DNA of 9,503 nt, taken from positions 1-9,503 of the forward strand of contig NW_021837010.1 of assembly GCF_006345805.1 (NCBI RefSeq), in the 5' to 3' direction. The translations under genes were made by a program, and so were the position numbers. Shown in pieces: positions 1 through 9,503 of this stretch. Numbering within the stretch: the stretch's first letter is position 1; the number at the start of each line of letters is the position of its first letter. This stretch comes from Octopus sinensis. Lineage: Eukaryota. The notes under the pieces are model-generated. The model ran no database searches. It was given only the letters and a program-made list of their open reading frames with translations, and was not told where the DNA came from.

Positions 1-740
1 TCATCACCATCATCATCTTTATCGTCTCATCATCATCATCATTATCATCATCATCAGCATCTCCATTATCAGCATCATCATTATCAACATCATCATCATC
101 ATCATCACCATCATCAACGCTGTCATCACCATCTCCTTCCTCAACACCATCATCATCTTTATCGTCTTCATCATCATCACCATCACCATTATCAGCATCA
201 TCATCATCATCATCATCATCGTCACCATCATCATCAACGCTGTCGTCACCATCTCCTTCCTCAACACCATCATCATCTTTATCGTCTTCATCATCATCAC
301 CATCACCATTATCAGCATCATCATTATCGACATCATCATCATCATCATCATCATCGTCACCATCATCATCAACGCTGTCGTCACCATCTCCTTCATCATC
401 ACCATCATCATCTTTATCGTCTTCATCATCATCACCATCACCATTAATCAGCATCATCATCATCATCATCATCGCACCATCATCATCAAAATCACGCTGT
501 CGTCACCATCTCCTTCCTCAACACCATCATCACTTTATCGTCTTCATCATCAGCACCATCACCATTATCAGCATCATCATTATCGACATCATCATCATCA
601 TCATCATCATCGTCACCATCATCATCAACGCTGTCGTCACCATCTCCTTCATCATCACCATCATCATCTTTATCGTCTTCATCATCATCATCATCATAAT
701 AATCATCATCATCATCGGCATCTCCATCATTACTCTCATC
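1..740. repeat. Tandem repeat of 120-140 bp units embedded in (ATC)n; encodes poly-Asp units on the minus strand
   Basis: The marker TTTATCGTC(T)TCATC recurs with its ATCGTC starting at 21, 161, 281, 416, 537 and 672 (periods 140, 120, 135, 121, 135). ACGCTGTC(A/G)TCACCATCTCCTTC occurs once per unit. The minus strand of 281-415 reads [45 protein letters not shown]. The array runs off the left edge. Confidence 0.95.
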
Positions 741-3700
741 ATTACCGTCTGACGATGGTTTTTCTCATAATCAAAACTAGTTGCTGCATTGACAAAGAAG
801 GAGGAGGATCAAAGCCATCTTTGATTCCCGCCATTTTCTCTGCATCGCTCATCATCCTTCTTCACCTCCTCCTCACCGTCATCATCATCATCATCATCAT
901 CATCATTTCCTATTGTTATCTTTGTTGTCGCCATCACTGTTATCATATTCATCATCATCATTATAATCTTCATTGGCACCACCTCCAGCTTCACCATCAC
1001 CATCATCATCATTAATCTACATCATCACCATCATCACATCATCACCACACCACTTCCACCACCACACCATCATCACCAGCACCACTGCCACCATCAATCA
1101 TCACACCATCACCACTTCCACCATCATCATCATCACCATCACTACTTCCACCATCATCATCATCACCATCACTTCCACCTCTCCCCATCATCACCAGCAC
1201 TACTGCCACCATCACCATCATCACCAGCACCACTGCCACCATCACCATCATCACCAGCACCACTGCCACCATCATCATCATCACCATCACCACTTCCACC
1301 ATCATCATCATCACCATCACTACTTCCACCATCATCATCATCACCATCACCACTTCCACCGTCACCATCATCACCAGCACTACTGCCACCATCACCATCA
1401 TCACCAGCACTACTGCCACCATCACCATCATCACCAGCACCACTGCCACCATCACCATCATCACCAGCACCACTGCCACCATCATCATCATCACCATCAC
1501 CACTTCCACCATCATCATCATCACCATCACTACTTCCACCATCATCATCATCACCACCACTTCCACAGTCACCATCATCACCAGCACTACTGCCACCATC
1601 ACCATCATCACCAGCACTACTGCCACCATCACCATCATCACCAGCACCACTGCCACCATCACCATCATCACCAGCAACCACTGCCACCATCATCATCATC
1701 ACCATCACCACTTCCACATCATCATCACCATCACCACTACTACTTCCCCATCATCATCATCACCATCACTACTTCCACCATCATCATCATCACCAGCACC
1801 ACTTCCACCATCATCATCATCACCATCACTACTTCCACCATCATCATCATCACCATCACCACTTCCACCATCATCATCATCACCATCACCACTTCCACCA
1901 TCATCATCATCACCATCACTACTTCCACCATCATCATCATCACCATCACTACTTCCACCATCATCATCATCACCATCACCACTTCCACCATCATCATCAT
2001 CACCATCACCACACTACTGCACCATCACCATCATCACCAGCACCACTGCCACCATCACCCCATCATCCCATCACCACTGCCACCAGCACCATCATCACCA
2101 TCACCACTGCCACCATCATCATCATCACCATCACTACTTCCACCATCATCATCATCACCACCACTTCCACCGTCACCATCATCACCATCACTACTTCCAC
2201 CATCATCATCATCACCACCACTTCCACCGTCACCATCATCACCATCACTACTTCCACCATCATCATCATCATCATCACCACCACTCCACCACCACCGTCA
2301 CCATCATCACCATCACTACTTCCACCACCATCATCACATCATCACCACCACTTCCACCATCACCATCATCACCATCACTACTTCCACCATCATCATCATC
2401 ACCATCACCACTTCCACCATCACCATCATCACCATCACCACTTCCACCATCACCATCATCACCATCACCACTTCCACCATCATCATCATCACCATCACCA
2501 CTTCCACCATCACCATCATCATCACCATCACCACTTCCACCATCACCATCATCACCATCACCACTTCCACCATCACCATCATCATCACCAGCACCACTGC
2601 CACCATCACCATCATCATCACCAGCACCACTGCCACCATCACCATCATCACCATCACCACTTCCACCATCACCATCATCACCATCACCACTTCCACCATC
2701 ACCATCATCACCAGCACCACTTCCACCATCACCATCATCATCACCAGCACCACTGCCACCATCACCATCATCACCAGCACCACTTCCACCATCACCATCA
2801 TCACCATCACCACTTCCACCATCACCATCATCATCACCAGCACCACTGCCACCATCACCATCATCATCACCAGCACCACTGCCACCATCACCATCATCAC
2901 CAGCACCACTTCCACCATCACCATCATCATCACCAGCACCACTGCCACCATCACCATCATCATCACCAGCACCACTGCCACCATCACCATCATCACCAGC
3001 ACCACTTCCACCATCACCATCATCACCATCACCACTTCCACCATCATCATCATCACCATCACCACTTCCACCATCACCATCATCATCACCAGCACCACTG
3101 CCACCATCACCATCATCATCACCATCACCACTTCACCATCACCATCATCACCATCACCACTTCCACCATCACCATCATCATCACCAGCACCACTGCCACC
3201 ATCACCTCATCATCACCACACCACTGCCACCATCACCATCATCACCAGCACCACTTCCACCCTCACACCATCACATCACCACCAGCACCACTCCACTTCC
3301 ACCATCATCATCATCACCATCACCACTTCCACCATCATCATCATCACCATCACTACTTCCACCATCATCATCATCACCATCACCACTTCCACCATCACCA
3401 TCATCACCATCACCACTGCCACCATCACCATCATCACCAGCACCACTGCCACCATCACCATCATCAAGCACCACTGCCACCAGCACCATCATCACCATCA
3501 CCACTGCCACCATCACCATCATCCAGCACCACTGCCACCATCACATCATCACCATCACCACTGCCACCATCACCATCATCACCAGCACCACTGCCACCAA
3601 CAGCACCATCATCACCATCACCACTGCCACCATCACCACCATCATCACCATCACCACTGCCACCATCATCATCATCATCACACCACTTCCACCATCACCA

Positions 3701-6700
3701 TCATCACCATCACTACTCCACCATCATCATCATCACCACCACTTTCCACCTCACCATCATCACCATCACCACTTCCACCATCATCATCATCACCACCACT
3801 TCCAACCATCACCATCATCACCATCACTACTTCCACCATCATCATCATCATCACCATCACCACTTCCACACACATCATCACATCACCATTCACCCAATCC
3901 ACCGTCACCATCATCACCAGCACCACTGCCACCATCACCATCATCACCAGCACCACACACTGCCACCATCACCATCATCACCAGCACCACTGCCACCAGC
4001 ACCATCATCACCATCACCACTGCCACCATCATCATCATCACCAGCACCACTGCCACCATCACCATCATCACCAGCACCACTGCCACCATCATCATCATCA
4101 TCACCACCACTTCCACCGTCACCATCATCACCATCACTACTTCCACCATCATCATCATCACCACCACTTCCACCGTCACCATCATCACCATCACTACTTC
4201 CACCATCATCATCATCACCACCACTTCCACCATCACCATCATCACCAGCACCACTGCCACCATCACCATCATCACCATCACCACTTCCACCATCACCATC
4301 ATCACCATCACCACTTCCACCATCATCATCATCACCATCACCACTTCCACCATCATCATCATCACCAGCACCACTTCCACCATCACATCATCATCACCAG
4401 CACCACTGCCACCATCACCATCATCACCAGCACCACTTCCACCATCACCATCATCACCATCACCACTTCCACCGTCACCATCATCACCAGCACCACTTGC
4501 CACCATCACCATCATCACCACTTCCACCATCATCATCATCACCACCACTTCCACCGTCACCATCATCACCAGCACCACTGCCACCATCACCATCATCACC
4601 AGCACCACTGCCACCATCACCATCATCACCAGCACCACTGCCACCATCACCATCATCACCAGCACCACTGCCACCAGCACCATCATCATCACCACCACTT
4701 CCACCATCATCATCATCACCACCACTTCCACCGTCACCATCATCACCAGCACCACTGCCACCATCACCATCATCACCAGCACCACTGCCACCATCACCAT
4801 CATCACCAGCACCACTGCCACCATCACCATCATCACCATCACCACTTCCACCATCACCATCATCACCAGCACCACTTCCACCATCACCATCATCACCAGC
4901 ACCACTGCCACCATCACCATCATCACCAGCACCACTTCCACCGTCATCATCATCATCACCACCACTGCCACCATCACACATCATCACCAGCACCACTTCC
5001 ACCGTCACCATCATCACCAGCACCACTTCCACCATCACCATCATCACCAGCACCACTGCCACCATCACCATCATCACCAGCACCACTGCCACCATCACCA
5101 TCATCACCAGCACCACTTCCACCATCATCATCATCACCACCACTTCCACCGTCACCATCATCACCAGCACCACTTCCACCATCACCATCATCACCAGCAC
5201 CACTGCCACCATCACCATCATCACCAGCACCACTTCCACCATCACCATCATCACCAGCACCACTGCCACCATCACCATCATCACCAGCACCACTGCCACC
5301 ATCACCATCATCACCAGCACCACTTCCACCATCATCATCATCACCACCACTTCCACCGTCACCATCATCACCAGCACCACTGCCACCATCACCATCATCA
5401 CCAGCACCACTTCCACCGTCACCATCATCACCAGCACCACTGCCACCATCACCATCATCACCAGCACCACTTCCACCGTCACCATCATCACCAGCACCAC
5501 TTCCACCATCACCATCATCCACCAGCACCACTTCCACCGTCACCATCATCATCACCACCACTCCACCATCACCATCATCCAAGACACCACTGCCACCATC
5601 AACCATCATCACCAGCACCACTTCCACCATCACCATCATCACCAGCACCACTGCCACCATCACCATCATCACCAGCACCACTGCAACCATCACCATCATC
5701 ACCGCACCACTTCACCGTCACCATCATCACCAGCACCACTTCCACCGTCACCATCATCACCAGCACCACTTCACACATCACCATCATCACCAGCACCACT
5801 TCCACCGTCACCATCATCATCATCACCACACCACTGCCACCATCACCATCATCACCAGCACACTTCCCCCGTCACCATCATCACAGCACCACTTCCACCA
5901 TCACCATCATCACAGCACCACTGCCACCATCACCATCATCACCAGCACACACTGCCACCATCACCATCATCACCAGCACCACTTCACCGTCACCATCATC
6001 ACCAGCACCACTTCACCGTCACCATCATCACCAGCACCACTGCCACCATCACCATCATCACCAGCACCACTTCCACGTCACCATCATCACAGCACCACTG
6101 CCACCATCACCATCATCACCAGCACCACTGCCACCATCACCATCATCACCACACCACTTCCACCATCACCATCATCACCAGCACCACTGCCACCATCACC
6201 ATCATCACCAGCACCACTGCCACCATCACCATCATCACCAGCACCACTGCCACCATCACCATCATCACCAGCACCACTTCCACCGTCACCATCATCACCA
6301 TCACCACTGCCACCATCACCATCATCACCAGCACCACTGCCACCATCACCATCATCACCAGCACCACTGCCACCATCACCATCATCACCAGCACCACTTC
6401 CACCGTCACCATCATCACCAGCACACCACTGCCACCATCACATCATCACCAGCACCCACTGCCACCAGCACCATCATCACCAGCACCACTGCCAACATCA
6501 CCATCATCACCAGCACCACTGCCACCATCACCATCATCACCATCACCACTGCCACCATCACCATCATCACCAGCACCACTGCCACCATCACCATCATCAC
6601 CAGCACCACTTCCACCAGCACCATCATCACCAGCACCACTGCCACCATCACCATCATCACCAGCACCACTGCCACCATCACCATCATCACCAGCACCACT

Positions 6701-9503
6701 TCCACCAGCACCATCATCACCAGCACCACTGCCACCATCACCATCATCACCAGCACCACTGCCACCAGCACCATCATCACCAGCACCACTGCCACCATCA
6801 CCATCATCACCAGCACCACTTCCACCAGCACCATCATCACCAGCACCACTGCCACCATCACCATCATCACCAGCACCACTTCCACCAGCACCATCATCAC
6901 CAGCACCACTGCCACCATCACCATCATCACCAGCACCACTGCCACCATCACCATCATCACCAGCACACTGCCACCATCACCATCATCACCAGCACCACTT
7001 CCACCAGCACCATCATCACCAGCACCACTCCACCATCACCATCATCACCAGCACCACTGCCACCATCACCATCATCACCAGCACCACTTCCACCAGCACC
7101 ATCATCACCAGCACCACTGCCACCATCACCATCATCACCAGCACCACTGCCACCATCACCATCATCACCATCACCACTGCCACCATCACCATCATCACCA
7201 GCACCACTGCCACCATCACCATCATCACCAGCACCACTTCCACCAGCACCATCATCACCAGCACCACTGCCAACATCACCATCATCACCAGCACCACTTC
7301 CACCGTCACCATCATCACCATCACCACTGCCACCATCACCATCATCACCAGCACCACTGCCACCATCACCATCATCACCATCACCACTGCCACCATCACC
7401 ATCATCACCAGCACCACTGCCACCATCACCATCATCACCAGCACCACTGCCACCATCACCATCATCACCAGCACCACTGCCACCATCACCATCATCACCA
7501 GCACCACTGCCACCATCACCATCATCACCAGCACCACTGCCACCATCAACATCATCACCAGCACACTGCCACCATCACCATCATCACCAGCACCACTGCC
7601 ACCGTCACCATCATCACCATCACCACTGCCACCATCACCATCATCACCAGCACCACTGCCACCATCACCATCATCACCATCACCACTGCCACCATCACCA
7701 TCATCACCAGCACCACTGCCAACATCACCATCATCACCAGCACCACTGCCACCATCACCATCATCACCAGCACCACTGCCACCATCACCATCATCACCAG
7801 CACCACTGCCACCATCACCATCATCACCAGCACCACTGCCACCATCACCATCATCACCAGCACCACTGCCAACATCACCATCATCACCAGCACCACTGCC
7901 ACCATCACCATCATCACCATCACCACTGCCACCATCACCATCATCACCAGCACCACTGCCAACATCACCATCATCACCAGCACCACTGCCACCATCACCA
8001 TCATCACCAGCACCACTTCCACCGTCACCATCATCACCAGCACCACTGCCACCATCACCATCATCACCAGCACCACTGCCACCAGCACCATCATCACCAG
8101 CACCACTGCCAACATCACCATCATCACCAGCACCACTGCCACCATCACCATCATCACCATCACCACTGCCACCATCACCATCATCACCAGCACCACTGCC
8201 ACCATCACCATCATCACCAGCACCACTTCCACCAGCACCATCATCACCAGCACCACTGCCACCATCACCATCATCACCAGCACCACTGCCACCAGCACCA
8301 TCATCACCAGCACCACTGCCACCATCACCATCATCACCAGCACCACTGCCACCACACCCCATCACCATCATCACAATACCACTGCCACCATCACCATCAT
8401 CACCAGCACCACTGCCACCATCACCATCATCACCAGCACCACTTCCACCAGCACCATCATCACCAGCACCACTGCCAACATCACCATCATCACCAGCACC
8501 ACTTCCACCGTCACCATCATCACCATCACCACTGCCACCATCACCATCATCACCAGCACCACTGCCACCATCACCATCATCACCATCACCACTGCCACCA
8601 TCACCATCATCACCAGCACCACTGCCACCATCACCATCATCACCATCACCACTGCCACCATCACCATCATCACCAGCACCACTGCCACCATCACCATCAT
8701 CACCATCACCACTGCCACCATCACCATCATCACCAGCACCACTGCCACCATCACCATCATCACCAGCACCACTTCCACCATCACCATCATCATCACCAGC
8801 ACCACTGCCACCATCATCATCATCACCATCACCACTGCCACCATCACCATCATCACCAGCACCACTTCCACCGTCACCATCATCATCACCAGCACCACTG
8901 CCACCATCATCATCATCACCAGCACCACTGCCACCATCACCATCATCACCAGCACCACTTCCACCGTCACCATCATCACCATCACCACTGCCACCATCAC
9001 CATCATCACCAGCACCACTGCCACCATCACCATCATCACCATCACCACTGCCACCATCACCATCATCACCATCACCACTGCCACCATCACCATCATCACC
9101 ATCACCACTGCCACCATCACCATCATCACCATCACCACTGCCACCATCACCATCATCACCATCACCACTTCCACCGTCACCATCATCACCAGCACCACTG
9201 CCACCATCACCATCATCACCAGCACCACTTCCACCGTCACCATCATCACCATCACCACTGCCACCATCACCATCATCACCAGCACCACTGCCACCATCAC
9301 CATCATCACCATCACCACTGCCACCATCACCATCATCACCATCACCACTGCCACCATCACCATCATCACCATCACCACTGCCACCATCACCATCATCACC
9401 ATCACCACTGCCACCATCACCATCATCACCATCACCACTTCCACCGTCACCATCATCACCAGCACCACTGCCACCATCACCATCATCACCAGCACCACTT
9501 CCA
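1..9503 (-). CDS. Putative giant Asp/Gly-rich repetitive protein (partial at both ends, apparent frameshifts): ([10 protein letters not shown])n, acidic linker, then poly-Asp 40-45 aa repeats
   Basis: The GAT/GGT phase of the minus strand gives coherent acidic sequence in all three domains, including non-repetitive sequence (1013->912 [34 protein letters not shown]; 910->848 [21 protein letters not shown]; 758->~670 [30 protein letters not shown]). Two common array variants are synonymous in this phase. No start, stop or homology is visible, and many indels must be assumed to be errors, hence moderate confidence. Confidence 0.45.
741..1015. other. Non-repetitive linker between the two arrays (contains an (ATC)8 run at 881-904)
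   Basis: This is the only stretch with ordinary sequence complexity (about 745-850 has no CAY periodicity). 851-1015 keeps ATC-phase triplet structure but is not a tandem copy of either flanking unit. Confidence 0.85.
1016..9503. repeat. 30-bp minisatellite/VNTR, about 280 copies, consensus ACCACTGCCACCATCACCATCATCACCAGC, with 27- and 33-bp variants
   Basis: Exact 30-nt periodicity is visible as column alignment in 60-nt lines (e.g. 6481-6960, 7570-8340, 8941-9503). A small set of recurrent variants is present: GCC/TCC, ATC/GTC, AGC/ATC, ACC/ACT, ACC/AAC, ACC/ATC. The consensus monomer is 15 C, 9 A, 4 T, 2 G. The array runs off the right edge. Confidence 0.98.

Noticed and set aside
809-1012. 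Minus-strand 67-aa ORF
   Set aside because: It is a chimera of the Met/Val phase (1012-911) and the acidic phase (910-848) produced by an indel, not an independent gene.
755-1015. Plus-strand 86-aa [14 protein letters not shown]...HHHHHHH with an apparent hydrophobic stretch
   Set aside because: The poly-Ile and poly-His parts are the antisense of (GAT)n and switch phase at the 911 indel. There is no recognisable family, so it is most likely a shadow ORF.
19-9498. Met/Val-rich minus-strand ORFs in the track ([10 protein letters not shown] repeats)
   Set aside because: They are the ATG/GTG phase of the repeat, called only because ATG is ubiquitous. The composition is implausible, they flip into the D/G phase at indels, and common variants are non-synonymous in this phase.
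1016-9503. CRISPR array (repeat length about 30 bp)
   Set aside because: Units are directly adjacent with no unique spacers, no palindrome, no leader and no cas genes.
1016-9503. RTX calcium-binding repeats (GAGDD resembles GGxGxDxUx)
   Set aside because: The period is 10 rather than 9, and the hydrophobic residue needed for the beta-roll core is absent.
1016-9503. Collagen, PE-PGRS, ice-nucleation or Sdr-type repeats
   Set aside because: There is no Gly-X-Y periodicity, no GGAGG/GGNGG units, no AGYGST octamers and no SD dipeptide runs.
1016-9503. TGG-TGA-TGA phase as a Trp- or Sec-rich protein via UGA recoding
   Set aside because: It would be a mostly Trp/Sec polymer, with no SECIS or genetic-code evidence. 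It is simply the third phase of (GAT/GGT)n.
1016-9503. Telomeric array or pure basecaller artefact
   Set aside because: It matches no telomere motif I recognise and is too heterogeneous. Ordered variant signatures recurring kilobases apart, plus a unique linker, argue for real genomic sequence.

Overview
The window is almost entirely low-complexity, (CAY)/(ATC/ACC)-derived tandem repeat. No recognisable conventional gene, RNA gene, mobile element or CRISPR array is present. It has three parts: (i) 1-~740, five to six copies of a 120-140 bp repeat; (ii) ~741-1015, a short non-repetitive linker; (iii) ~1016-9503, about 280 copies of a 30-bp minisatellite (consensus ACCACTGCCACCATCACCATCATCACCAGC) with 27- and 33-bp variants, higher-order periodicity and duplicated blocks. 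The Met/Val-rich ORFs in the supplied track are wrong-phase shadows of the repeat. The best-supported coding reading is a different minus-strand phase that gives a very long (>3,000 aa, open at both window edges) Asp/Gly-rich protein: ([10 protein letters not shown])n, then an acidic Tyr-containing linker, then 40-45 aa poly-Asp repeats. It is broken by many 1-2 nt indels that look like long-read errors. If real, it would be a giant acidic, Ser-Gly-repeat extracellular protein (proteoglycan core or biomineral matrix type). A non-coding satellite or decayed gene cannot be excluded from sequence alone, and the organism (probably eukaryotic) cannot be determined.
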